From positions 755,630-819,629 of the forward strand of contig NMRA01000030.1 of NCBI GenBank assembly GCA_002633005.1: 64,000 nt of DNA, written 5' to 3'. The translations under genes were made by a program, and so were the position numbers. The notes below the pieces were generated by a model that was not told the origin of the DNA, searched no databases, and saw only the letters and a list, made by a program, of their open reading frames with translations. Source of the stretch: Phoronis australis (lineage: Eukaryota; Animalia; Phoronida). Positions 39,689 through 52,998 of this stretch are shown piece by piece. Within the stretch, counting starts at the first letter, position 1, and each line of letters begins with the position of its first letter.

Positions 39689-42136
39689 CCGTAAACGTTC
39701 GGGTTAACGCCCTGGGCGGTTAAACTGGCAAACCCAAAAAATTGGGGGTGGGCGGTTAACCAGACATGGGCGCTTAAACGTGAAATTTCAAGAAATCCAG
39801 GGTGGGCGGTTAACCGAACATGGGCGCTTATTACGACAGGCAACCGCCCTGGGCGGTTAATCTTACCTCGTGATCTAAGTCCCCACACCACACACGCACT
39901 CGGAACGCGTAGCTCTTTTCAAAGAGGGTTATCGTCACGTCGCCACATGACGGGGAAAATGTCATAACAGCGGATGATCCCAACAAAGGTTCTCTTGCCC
40001 TCAGATTAGTTATTCACTCTATTAAATTTACAGAATTGCTGAGTAATAGCCCCGTGCCGTCCCGCGGTCTTGTTACTTTTCCCTGCGCAGCGCAGACGAC
40101 CAGAGACCACGCAGCCTCTACTTGGATTGCAAATATTTCAACACGTGACCTTGCTTAAGTGCCCGTGTGCAAGCTTCACTTGTTGCAGAGGTCACAGCAG
40201 ACATCAAATTTATGGTTACAGTCTCGTACTAGCTTCCAAGTTCATAGTCAGAGAGCAGTTTTAAAATTAGTTGTAATAAAAGTTTGATAAACTTAACTCA
40301 GATGTTTTTTGTGTTTGGGATGTCGACACTCCGTGACTCAATGACATTTTCAGCGTATGGTTCTGCGGCTAGCTTTTTTATCTCGACCGCCCGGCATTGC
40401 TCACTTGCCGTTGTGCCAAACATGCTCGGCAAAGAAGTAGGCCTAAGACAAGAATCGGGGTGAGCCACTCGTCAATCAACAATAAAATTTCGAGCCACGG
40501 CATAAATATGTGATAAAACGCCACAAAACAGCGATGTTTCAATTCATTCTTAAACGATCACCTTACCAAACTTCGTGGTGGAAAAACATTTATTTTTCAT
40601 GCAGGATGTCCAGATTATCCTATTTATATCACTTGCAAAATCGCATTGCGGCACTGTTCGGTCAGGCTGTTAGCGCGCAATGTCTCAGTCGGCTGACAAT
40701 CGTGATTTATAAATGCCGTCAAGTAATATAACGGCCTCTTTCGATATATGCACCTCGTTTTTTTATGGCAAAAGATAGCGGCGGGATTCAGCACGCACGT
40801 AGGGCCTACGTGTGAGTCACCTGTCAATCACATGTTGGTGTCAAGGTAACATGCACTCCAAAGTGTGGGAACTTGCGCACGTGCACCACAACAAAGTCGC
40901 CAAAGAGAATAGCGACAGTCCTAAGTATCAAAAACGGGCGTGACTATGTACTTTTAAGCTGTTGCTACAAAAGACCCAATTCTTTACGATGTTCCTCCAT
41001 TGCCAATGTTCCCCAAAACTGCGATGTCAAGTCAATTCCGATATTTCCCGGCTCGATGTTCCCTAAGCCCATGCCCGTAGCTAGCTGCGTGCATCTCTTA
41101 CCCACTATCGCCAATTTTCAGTCAGTCTACGTCGTAGATATTTCAGACTAGAATGGTAAGAATTTTTGTTCAGGCTGAAACTGGCCAATGTATAAACAAA
41201 ATTATTCTGGATGGCTAAAAAGGGGATGTGGAAACGATAATTCACACAGTCACGCTTACGTGGGGGCTGACGCAAGAAATAGTAAACAGCCAGCGACATT
41301 AGTTAAATCTGCTAACGCCAGTTTGACTGAGATGCAATACGCGAAAAACAAAATTTGACTAGCAGTTTTTTATTACCTCAAGATCATACACAAACATACA
41401 TTATTGTCAACCTTTGAATTCAGAAATCGATAGGCAGCAACGAAATCGGTAACCCAGTAAGGCACTTGTACTGTCCCTTCGATCGCCACACATCCTCTAT
41501 AACCCGGCAGTTACATTCATCAAAATATTGAGAATTTGACATCTTTCCGTGAGTTGTGCGATTTGTTCAAAATACGAGAGCTTCCCACCTTAATAGAATT
41601 TGGAGGGTTGGCAAAACCATGGTCACATTTCTCTGGCCTGATTTTTTCGAATATATGTTTTATCTTGTGCACTACAGATGGAAACTCAGCGCGGCAGACA
41701 AAGTCGCTGAAAGCGGAGGTTTTGACGCCGGCGGCGTTCTTAAACTTTGCAAACATGGGAAGAAAATAAAGTGACAAAAACGTTCAAGTATTATATTTTG
41801 AAGTGAGTCCATGACCCAAGACAATAACTCGTTACTTGAATTGTAATTCACATTGCTAAACCACCGTCTCGGAAGCCCGGCGTCGTTGCGCTCTTTGTGA
41901 TCATCGATCTTTTTCTTAAAGTCGGGAAATCGCACGTTTCCTTAGCACTGGGCGCTAAATCTTCATTCTTTAAAAGTGGGGGATGGGCGCTTAACCGAGA
42001 GGTGGGCGCTTAACTGGAAATCTTCAAAGATCGCAGGGGGGCGCTTAACCGAGCAGTGGGCAGTTAAATCGAAAATCCACCTAAAGTAGGGGGTGGGCGG
42101 TTAACTGAGCATGGGCGTTTACCCAAACGTTTACGG
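39689..42136 (-). mobile_element. Tc2/pogo-like TIR element, copy 3 (complete, 2448 bp, non-coding)
   Basis: TA-flanked TIRs, inverted relative to copy 1; no long ORF. Confidence 0.92.
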
Positions 42137-44364
42137 TAAAAACAAATCAAAAGAAATTGCTAATACCACCGACCCCATGCAAGTTGTCCTGTAGATTTGA
42201 GGCCTTGCGCTCAATTGACTCTTAGCCATGTTTATCTGAAATAATCTTGATTAAGTCAAGCTGAAGTGCTCAAACTTTAAACATGAAGAAATCAAGCTAG
42301 CAGTGTCCAGTCTTCTTATTGAACCAATCAATGAACTTCATGGAGCATGGTGTTGTTGTGTGCAAAATGGTATCTGTATGAAAAAAATCTAAATAAAACA
42401 TTACAGCCAAAACAGGGGTTTTCAAAGATGGAGTTGAGTAGGGCTTTATGGGTGTAAAGAACATGAGAGTTGTCGAAAATTTTTAATCTTGGTAAATTAA
42501 TTTTTATAATAGTTTCTATTTCTTGTAATCAGGTCTAGTTAATAATTTCTGTAATAAAAATGTTAATTCATTCAAATAAAATCAAAAATAAAATTAGATA
42601 GTAATCACTTTCAGGGGTCCTGGATTTTGATAATCAGTTTGGTGTTCATTATTCAATGAAGAAAACTTATTCTCAAAATGTGACTATAATCAAATATTCA
42701 GTGTTTGTTTGAGGATACTGTTCTTGCCTTGTGTCAAGTGTTAATGAAGTAGACACACTGTTCAATAGTTAGAATAGACAGTTACAAGCAAATGTGCGTT
42801 TGCTGTGGTTGCCGTTTTAATCTTAAGTCAATTTTTTCTTGTGTCTATATTGCATTAAAACATCTGGGTTTGATTCTTTGTGTCTTGTGGAATACCTGAG
42901 CCATGTTCAATAATCCAGACCTGCTTAGTACACATGGGTTTACTTAGTGACATCCTACCACCAGATGGCACAGTGACTTGAACATTGTCATTCTACTGTG
43001 ATTTGTTAATCAAACCAATGCCACTCTTTTGTCTTGGAGGGCTTTAAAGTTTGGGCAATGATTGCAACATTTTTGTAGGCTCTCAATCTTTTTAAGTAAA
43101 TTGCAGTAAAAAGTCCAAAAGCAAACAAGTCCTAAATTACGTAAGACTGCTTGTCATTAAAGAAACTAACCTTTAATTTGTACATTTGTTGCATTAAAAC
43201 TGGTCTCAACTTGCACTGGTCATAAATGTGTATTTTGTGAATCTAGTAGTCTAGTTAGATACTTGTCAGTCCTTTAGAATGCCTTTGTTGTCTTGACCTT
43301 GATTCACTGTTTTGAAACACGTGCTCAAAATTTAGCACTTTTTAATGGAAGTGACTTGATATTTAACCAAGCAAAAATGAAAAAAAAAGTTTTGCCAAAC
43401 CAGTGTATTATTCTTAAGAAACTGTTCCAAAAATTGGAGTAGTACTTACAAGATGGGCATTGTACCAGCAACCTGCCAGCTCCATTTGAATAAAATTGGT
43501 TTAATTGAAATGCATATTTCCTGCAAGTGAAGCGAACATTTAGATTTTTTTAAATTAGCATTGCAGTTTACTCAAGTGTTCAGTATAGTTTTCTCTTCTG
43601 CTTTACAAGAAGTAGTAAGCTGCTCGTTAATAAATTTGACAAAATAGTATTACAGGAAGTGTGCGGCGTGCGACTACTGAACAGGTTAATTTATTGTTTC
43701 CCTGAAATTCAGCACAAATAGAGCAGGTCTTGCTGTCAAAAAATGTTGCATTGTGGTATTTTTTTGAGGATTAATTCACTGATGGTTACAGTACTTATGT
43801 TAAAATTATCCTCTTTGGAATAGTTTCTAAAATTTGTTGTGTTAAAGTTTCCTAAAATTCAGACAAAAATAATTGCTAAAATCTTCAATTTCTGTCTTTC
43901 AAAACCTGTTTTGTTAAACATGCTTAAAGTTCACTGTGTGCAGTTGTACAATGTAAAGTTTGGAAATGGTGATGCAAAAATTTTTTCCTATTTACTTTTG
44001 TTGAAAATTTTGTTAATATTCTAACATATTGTGTTCGAAATTGAAGAAACTTCATGGCACACTGATATTTTTAAGTCAAAATTAAATTTTCTTGATTCTG
44101 AAGAGTGGGATTAGGGGTAGTGTTGGCATTCATCATGTTCCTATGATATCAGATATTGCATTTTGTATCAAAAAAGTCTAAGACGAAATCATGAAGAAAG
44201 CTGCCTACGTAAATGTGTCTGTCGTAATACTTAAATTTTAGACTACCCATATAGCCTATAATTTCTAAAATTTGTCTCAAGCTCTTGTCTTGAGAAAAAT
44301 AATTTCTCGCTCTTTCAAAACTGGAGATCTTTTTTTCGTAAATCAAATCTATCATACATGTTCA

Positions 44365-44820
44365 TTAAAAGGGGACTGTAGTCAAAATAATGTTGCAGTT
44401 AATCGGTTCTAACATACAAATAAAACTCACATTTGCCTGACTTGCGTGCCAAACAAAAGCCAATTCGTATTCATGGTCAAAACACTGAATTCTGAAAGCG
44501 ATCGCTGATTGGCTGATGTGTCAGTGACGTGAACGGCGGGGTATCGGCTGCTATACACATTCAGTGCTTGTGTCATATTTGAAGAGTTTACATCGTAATT
44601 TATCATTGTATCAATCGTCCTTATTTTTATTGTTTGCTACAGTGCTGTAAAAGGTTCGCTATGCCTTTTTGTATGGCACCTGGTTGCTCAAACTTTTCGA
44701 AAAAGGCATCTTCTAAAGGGATGGTCATCGCATACCATCGCCGGGTTACCCAAGCCTTGGCCCAAAGCTCAGTGTATACTAGATATAGGCCTACAGGTTT
44801 AAGCCGATATGGGTAAAAAT
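44365..44820 (+). mobile_element. Kolobok-like transposon 5' fragment with a THAP-domain N-terminal remnant
   Basis: TTAA followed by AAGGGGAC. The ATG at 44661 reads MPFCMAPGCSNFSKKASSKGMVIAYHR, matching the THAP start M-x2-C-x4-C-x-N...H. The right TIR was not found. Confidence 0.5.
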
Positions 44821-45116
44821 GAACAAATAAAACCTGACTCAAATAAATGTCATTAAAACTAAGTCATCCTTGAGTAAACATAGGAACCAGGTTCCTAGAG
44901 TAAACTAACTTCTAAATTTATCGGTGTTGGAAATGTTAGCGATCGTTCATCGGCTGCTGCTAGTAAAATTGCGATGTGTTCTCTTTGGCTAGCGCTAGAG
45001 CTAGGTATCCACTTAAGAGCAGGTTACTCCTCCTCAAAAATCACAAATAAGTTCTCGCTCCTTGTGTCACGTTGCCCCATTGCAAATCATGACCACACTA
45101 ACAGTAAACCGTACAA

Positions 45117-45268
45117 TGATGGTGGTGGTAGTGATGATGGTAATGGTGGTGGTGGTGGTGGTGATGATGATGGTTTGTGGTGGGTGGTGTTGGTGGTGGT
45201 GATGATGATGGTTTGTGGTGGTGGTGGGTGGTGTTGGTGGTGTTGGTGGTGGTGTTGGTGGTGGTGGT
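45117..45268. repeat. (GGT/GAT)n microsatellite
   Basis: Direct reading. Confidence 0.95.
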
Positions 45269-45640
45269 CATTGCTGATAAAAACAGATGAGTTGTAAATT
45301 GTGCTGGTTTAAGTGACAGCAGTGTCTGCCTGTCATGGCGGTAGCATCAATAGTATAGCAGCAGTTTAGCAAGTCTGTGTATTGATCAAGCTCTGCTTCT
45401 CTAGCTGACCTTTCTGTCTGTTCACTCTGCTTGATGAGAGATAGATGAGTGAAGAGTAATTCAGAGTCCACTCTCTGCATTATTGGGTTACATCTGACAA
45501 GGCTGTGGGTAAGTGGTGAAACTATTCTCTGCATTATTCTCGTGGTGCTGAATGATCTGGGTTGCTTGCTGATTTGTAAAAATGTTTTATTCCATGTGGG
45601 AAGATCCCTGCTTTATAGTTTGAGTCAATTCCGTTTTGTT

Positions 45641-45742
45641 TTGGACCTCACTGTAAACATTTGGACCTCATTGTAAACATTTGGACCTCATTGTAAACAT
45701 TTGGACCTCATTGCAAACATTTGGACCTCATTGTAAACATTT
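45641..45742. repeat. 20-bp tandem repeat (ttggacctcattgtaaacat)
   Basis: Five units. Confidence 0.95.
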
Positions 45743-46169
45743 TCTAGTGCATATGCATTCATTGAGGAATGTGTAGGGGTTCATGTTTTGGTTTATTCTC
45801 TGAGCGACAAAATGTTCCACATTTGTTTTCTCAGTTTGAAATTATCAGTCTGTATTGTGTTAAAACATTCTAGTGAAGTGATATAATGTATTGGTTCATT
45901 TTTTATAAGTGAGTTCTATGTTCTTTTTCTGATTGTACAATCGTTAATTCTGTGTGTGATAAAAGTATGCTTACTGTATCACAATTGTTTTATTATCTGG
46001 AACATGTTCATTCTGTGCCAAAAGCAAAGTACTTCAAGTGGTGAAAAAAGCTAGTCTATTTTAAACATGTCGAGTAGTCTCCGATGCATGTTATGACAGT
46101 CTCTCGCATTTAACAATATATTCTCATGCATTTCAGATTGAATTTCTTCAAAATTTTTTGACATGCTTT

Positions 46170-47590
46170 TTATTCGCCCACATGTGTACGCATTATGCCG
46201 TCATCCCCATCCGTCTATCCGTCTGTCCGGCGTCAGTTCGGCGTCCGGCTGACGTCAGTCCGGCATTCGTCCGGTGTCCGTCTGGCATCCGCTACTCTAT
46301 TTCCAAAACCCTTTGACGTATGTTCATGAAATTGTGCACATGTGTTCCTTTCTTGGATGGGACGGCATGACGAACTTTGGGACGGATCTGAGTGCTGGTG
46401 TACCCCCTAGTGGCACTTTTAGTTTTTTACGTGTACCTCTGTACGTTCAAAGGTTCTCAATGTATTTTCATTAAATTTGGAGTATAGGCATCTACTGGTG
46501 ATATGACGCTACCTTTCTGTTTTTGGATGAATTTGATATAGTTTGCGCCACCTAGTGGCCATTTTTACGGTTTTTCGAGTGGCATCTACCCCTCTATCAG
46601 TTAAACCGCTCTAAGGATGATTGTGAATAGTGGCATGTATGTTCTTACTATGAAGAGGACGACTGACGATGAGTTTCTGATGACTGACTACTGTGGCACC
46701 TTCTAGTGGCAATTTTGTTTTTTTTTGCACCCATGGCGGTATCTCCTAAACTGTTTGCAGGATCTTTTCTAAATTTAGCTAGTGTATTTATATGATGTTG
46801 GCGACCAACGACGATGACTTTCGAACGTATCTGACTACAGGTGTGTCCCCTAGTGGCAATTTCAGTTTTTTACGTTTACCTCTGTGTCTTCAAAAATCCT
46901 CAACTTATTTTCATAAAAGTTGGCATATAGGCATCTATTCATGTTTGGTTAGATTTAACGTATTTTGCGCCACCTAGCGGCCATTTTTACTGTTTTTGGG
47001 GCTGTTTTTTAGCATCCACCCCTCTATCAACCAAACTGCTCTAAGGATGATTGTGAAAATTGGCATGTATGTTTTTACTATGAAGAGGACGTATTGCGAT
47101 GATTTTCCGATGACTTCGAGTACTGTGGCGCCTCCTGGTGACAATTTTTTGCACCCATAGGTGTATCTCCTAAACCGTTTCCAGGATCTTTACTAAATTA
47201 GCAAGTGTACTGTTGACAACGAACGACTACTTTCGAACGGATTTGACTAAAGGTGTGCCCCCTACTCGCAATTTTATTTTTTACGTTTACCTCTGTATCT
47301 TTAAAGGTCCTTGGCGGATTTTCATAAAATGTGGAATATACGTATCTATAGGTGAGATGACACTACCATCTCGTTTTTGGATGGACTTAAGGATTTTGCG
47401 CCACCTAGTGGCCATTTTTTCGGTAAATAGCTTTCTATTTAAGGATTGATGGCATGTTCCCGTTTTCGGATGGATTGGACATTTTTGAGCCTTCTAGTGG
47501 CCATTTTTATGAAGCAAATAAACAACCCTAGCAGCACACCATTTGCTGTGCATTCGTGGGCGCATTTCAACACTCCATGTTGCTTTCGTT
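46170..47590 (-). mobile_element. Helentron-type element
   Basis: Reverse complement of the 7925-9665 architecture: CGCCCACAT end, GTCC tract, CCTAGTGG arrays, GTGGGCGCATTTCAA end. Confidence 0.82.
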
Positions 47591-47591
47591 A

Positions 47592-48103
47592 GTTGTCTAA
47601 TTATCCTGCATCTGGTCCTACTTGTCTGATCATCTTGCATCTAGTTCATCTTGTCTGATTATACAACTTGTTGTCTTGTCATCTACATCTGGTTCAACTT
47701 GTCTGATCATCTTACATCTGGTCCAAACTGTTGTCTAATCATCTACATCTGGTCTAACTTGTCTGATTATCTTACATCTGGTCCAACGTGTTGTCTGATC
47801 ATTTACATCTGGTCCAACTTGTCTGATTATCTTGCATCTGGTTCAACTTGTTGTCTGCTCATCTACATCTGGTCCAACTTGCTGTCTGATCATCTTGCAT
47901 CTGGTTCAACTTGTTGTCTGGTCATCTACATCTGGTCTAACTTGCTGTCTGATTATCTTGCATCTGGTCCAACTTTTTGTCTGAACATGTACATCTTGTC
48001 CAACTTCTTGTCTGATCATCTTGCATCTGGCCTAACCTTTTTGTCTAATCATCATGTGTCTTGTCCAACCTGTTGTCTGACAATCTTGCATCTGGTCCAA
48101 CTT
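47592..48103. repeat. ~29/32-bp alternating minisatellite (catctggtccaacttg(ttg)tctgatcatcttg)
   Basis: Directly abuts the Helentron end; explains ORF 47651..48115. Confidence 0.92.
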
Positions 48104-51100
48104 AATAGGATCTAGACTGGGTTATTGTTTCTGGGGGGTGGGGGTGGGTGGGTACGGGAGTGTCAATTTTATTGCATGTCAGTCAGTACAGCCCTTCCTT
48201 ATAGTTGGATAAGAACATTCAAAACAATCAATATTCCTCCATGACGTTCAATTTCACCGGATTGGCCAGTCAGCGACCATATCACTATCAACATATTGAA
48301 TGATCTTCTTGTGAGCTCATTCTGTTCATTTATTTATAGGACTGAATTATGACCGGCTTGATCAGTAGTTTGGGATTTACCTGGCAACTGGTTCCCTGGC
48401 AGTTGGCATTGTCAATCCATGTTTTCTGACGTCATATACCATCTGGCCATGTTGGTGTTCATCCCGACCCAGTTTTGGCTAAAAGCTCTGAATAATCATC
48501 ACCAGACTAATTATCTGAACACAATATTAAGTCAGCTGAGGCAATCATCACAACTTTTAATGTGACTTAAGATGAGTTATTATAACGCCTTTAGTGTACA
48601 GTGGTGTCATGGCTGGAGCTCTTAGTTGGTATATCTGGTGTGTTAAACTTTATTAATTTAGTTTTGAATCTTGTGCTGTGTTTGTTCCTCTAAAAGCAGG
48701 CTGCACCTCACACTACAATACAAGTTAGTTATGGTAAATGATGCCTTATTTTGGTGTTTGTTACAAGCTACTAAGTGCAAAACTTGAATGAATGGCACCA
48801 CTACACCTATTGATTTGAAGCCTGTGAGTCTTTACTTAAGTCAAATATTAGTTGGTGTGGATGAATGATTTATTACATTCGATATCAGTATCTGTTATGA
48901 AAACGCATGCATAAGTAGATTGGTCAAACTGAATCCATTGATTTAAGGATCTTGAACCCACTTCAAAATTACAGAGGCTGTGACTTTCTAATAAACATAC
49001 ATAGTAATAATTCTTCAAGATTGGGACAAAACATACAATCTTTTTTATTTTTCAAAAACTAAACATTAGCAAATGGTCAAAGTTTTGCCAGTTGTTGGTT
49101 GCAACCATTCAAATATACATACCATGTGACCGGTACAGAAATACTTTCTCAATTTCACTTCATTGACAGACACTGGATTTCATGAAGGTCTCACCATGTG
49201 TAAAGCTTTCTTACTTCTAGTTAATTTTGGTGAGAAATATTACTATGTGAACCTGTTTTTGCTTTCATTGCTGTTTAGATTGTCAACCCAAACATTATTC
49301 CCACTTCCGGTATGTATTAAGACTTGAACTTATGATTTTAAACTCAAGTTCCATTATATAAAACGAATACATGTGAATGGCTTTAATGATGTATGATATA
49401 GCTGTCTGCTAGGAAAACATATGCAAACTTAATGGATAAGCAAAACTGCATCCATTGATTAAAAGCATATGATTCATTACATAAAACAAACACATGTTGG
49501 GGATTAATGTACTGATTATCCCTCTGCTGTGTCTGTCGCCATAGTTAATTTTTATGAGTGTGGCTTGGTAAAATACCACAGATAGCACCCTCGACTTTTT
49601 CCTATTAATTTTCCTTGATTTGAACTTATGCATTCACAATGTGCAGTGTTAAACAAACCGTATTAGCAGTTTCTGTGGTTAAGTTTTGAGGAAGTTTTAA
49701 CCAATGCATTTAAAGTTATGACACGTTTTTTAGTTTTTCTCGAACTAAGTCAAGCTCTGTCATTTTCTAGAGCTTTATGGTATTTGAATGCAAACAATTA
49801 AAAAGTTGTGTTGTAATGTCATGTTTGAATTTTTATTACATCAGTCTAGTGTGCACACCTACTGAACGGGTTTTGTGTATTAGTGAAACATTCAATAACA
49901 TGCTAACAACATAGTTCTTGAGAACACAGATTTTTACTGATTGACTGCTGTTTATTAGTGAAGCATTCAGTAATATTACACTGACCAAATTAATATATTT
50001 TTGGTTCTCAAATTTTAAAGTTTTATTTCAAATTCACACGGCAATGGTGCTATGTTTCTGGATATTGTAAGTTGTAAAAAGTGCTGTTTTACTAGGTAGA
50101 GTTTCCTAAATTTGAACTTGGATTAGGTAAAAATTACAAGTAAGTGTTGATTCCTTTTAACAAACATTGACACCGTTTCTGTTCTTGGGTTCGAAAGTTA
50201 GATTTTGGTAGTTGTGTCTCAAAATATGTTAGTTGTTGCTCAAACTGAAAGTGAGCAAATATGTTGTGTTGTATTATGAAGTGCATTTTTTCTTCTACAT
50301 TTTCTATTTGAAATGATGCATTTGTGTGGTGCCATCAGGCATAGATATATGTTCACAGCTGTATTGGACTCACTCTACTAAGAGTACCCAACAATGTGTT
50401 ACATTGCTTTGTTGAATAACTTGACAATACTGTCATGTGACAAGTTGATGTTGTCCACTACTCTGTGTTTCATGACATTGTGATGTACCTTCATTACACA
50501 TTTATTCACTAAGTACCAGGCCAATGGGGAAGATCACTGTACCATCTATTTACAATAACGACAGCACATGCAACATGGGAGACTTAACAACACAAATGGT
50601 AAATTTTTAGATATTCTCGTGATATTATTATTTAAAAACATGGAAAAAGACTCTTTCATTGATTTTTGTTATGGCACTCCATGTAAATGCATGTGGCACA
50701 TCTTTTATCTTGAATAATACCGTATTGCCAGCGTTGAAGGAAATTCCAGAAAATAATTATGCTACTCTCATCCATGGTTAGTCTGCCACATAAGCACTAT
50801 TACGGTGGTGCGTTGGTTAATTTCGGTGGCCTTCGGCAAGAAACACTCAATCAGCCTTGTATATTCGTGACGTCCGTTACATGAGTAATCAAGCCGAGGC
50901 TCTGTGCGGGCATTTTACAGAAATTAATGACAGTTGATCACCTGCGTGTCGGTATTAAAAAGTCTTGCTTGCACCCTACTGATACGTTCCAGTCAAGTAT
51001 TGACAGTCAGATTATTATAGCCATTCTGAGCAGGCGGGATCTATTCCCCTTTGACTGCACTCTTACATTCACCAGTTCTGAAGAGGTTCTACAAACAGGT

Positions 51101-51688
51101 TTGTAAACTCTATGCTTCATTGGGTGCAGACACAGACAGACCAGTATAAGTGTGCTAAGTCAAGGAGGACTGGAGGACCTTAGAGTTTCACTACACTTAC
51201 TTAGACAGCCCCACTGCTGCAGAAAACTCGTGTCTCAAATCTCTGGTACAATGCCACAGGGCTGACTCTCATGTTATGGCAAAAGGGAATTTTTTCTTCT
51301 TCAACATGCTCATTTAATTAGATACTAGTGTTTCTCTCGGTAATCAAAGGAAGCTCAGACAAGTTAAGGTGCACAAATTGCAAATTTTTGTTTTTGAAGC
51401 CATTCCTTGAATAATCCAAGCAGCACTGATCCATAGCTGTTGGTACTCTGCCCATGTTGGAACTGCCAATTTCTATCTACCGTAAAAGCTCGGGTAAATG
51501 CCCATGTTCACTTAACCGCCCATCCCCAACTTTAGGTGGATTTCCAATTAGTGCCCACTGCTCGGTTAAGCGCCCCCTGCGATTTTTGAAGATTTCCAGT
51601 TAAGCATCCGCCTCTCGGTTTAGCGCCCATCCCCGACTTTTAAAGAGGGAAGATTTAGCACCCAGTGCTAAGGAAATGTGCGATTCCC

Positions 51689-52655
51689 CGCGATTTTCGG
51701 ACGGCCCACCATTTTGCGACAATATTTTATTTCTGAAATGAGTTTTTCATAGTCCACGGAATTCGTACAAGGTCCAAAAACTGTTTTTCAATGATTTTTG
51801 TCCCACGACTTTCGGACAAGGAAAATTTTAGAAACGGTAATTTCGGATCGACGCAACTCCCGTGTCACTAAAGCGTTCAACGGATGATTACTACTGTATA
51901 AGGCTTGAATCTGAGAATCGGTATAACGGGCTTTGTAATTTTTACCTTGTCTTGACGATGTCGTGACCGTTACTCGATTGTCTTGCGTTTTGCTTGTGTT
52001 TGGCGCTTTATCTATCAAAAGAATCACCCAGTCTTGCATGACGAAAATTTCTGATGAAAATACAAATGGGAAATACACCGAAGGCTGCAACTTTTCGTTG
52101 TAGCGTGACAATAATATGTGCCCTGGTTTAATTAGACCGTGCTGTTCGACTTCCGACTGTGACATTGAACTTGCATGTCTGACATCAACTTGCGTGTTTA
52201 CGAAACTTTTTATTTTTAAAACATGCTAGCCTTACGAAACTTTTTATTTTTAAAACATGCTAGCCTTTGCAAATGCCCTTATCAGTGGCTAAAATCTCCC
52301 GACCACGTGTCCGGATTTTATCCTTGACGCGATGAGAAATATTTTTGGACAACGCACATTTCTTTTTGGGAAATCCCGTTTTTCAAAAATTAATGGCGCA
52401 GACCGTTTGAGTTTCATTGACCAGCAATTTTACTGCTATCAAATGACCGAGTCATATCCGAGCCGGCAACGTTGATACTGCGACTGCTCATCGAAATAAT
52501 GTACACCCACGAAATTCGGACACAAGCGGAAACCCAAATGTGGAGGTCCGCCAAATTTGGACACCACAAAAATGATGTTTCTCAAGATTTGTCCAAGAAT
52601 GATTTTTCTCTATTGGAATTAATTTTGAGTATCCGAAAATCGCGTGACTTTACCG
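51689..52655. mobile_element. ~0.97-kb TA-targeting MITE nested in copy 4; left TIR truncated
   Basis: CGCGATTTTCGGA ... TCCGAAAATCGCGTGACTTTACCG|TA; absent from the homologous site in copies 1 and 3. Confidence 0.75.
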
Positions 52656-52998
52656 TAGATAAAGATCGATGATCACAATAAACGCAACGACACCGGGCCT
52701 CCGAGACAACGGTTAGCAATGTGAATTACAATACAAGTAACGAATTATTGTCCTGGGTCATGGACTTACTTCAAAATATAATACTTGAACATTTTTGTCA
52801 CTTTATTTTCTTCCATGTTCGCAAAGTTTAAGAACCCCGCTGGCGTCAAAACATTGCTTTCAGTGACTATGTCTGCTGCGCTGAGTTTTTTGTCTGCAGT
52901 GCACTAGATAAAACATGTTCGAAAAAATCAGGCCAGAGAAATGTGGCAATGGTTTTGCCAATTCTCCAAATTCTCTTACGATGGAAAGCTCTTGTATT

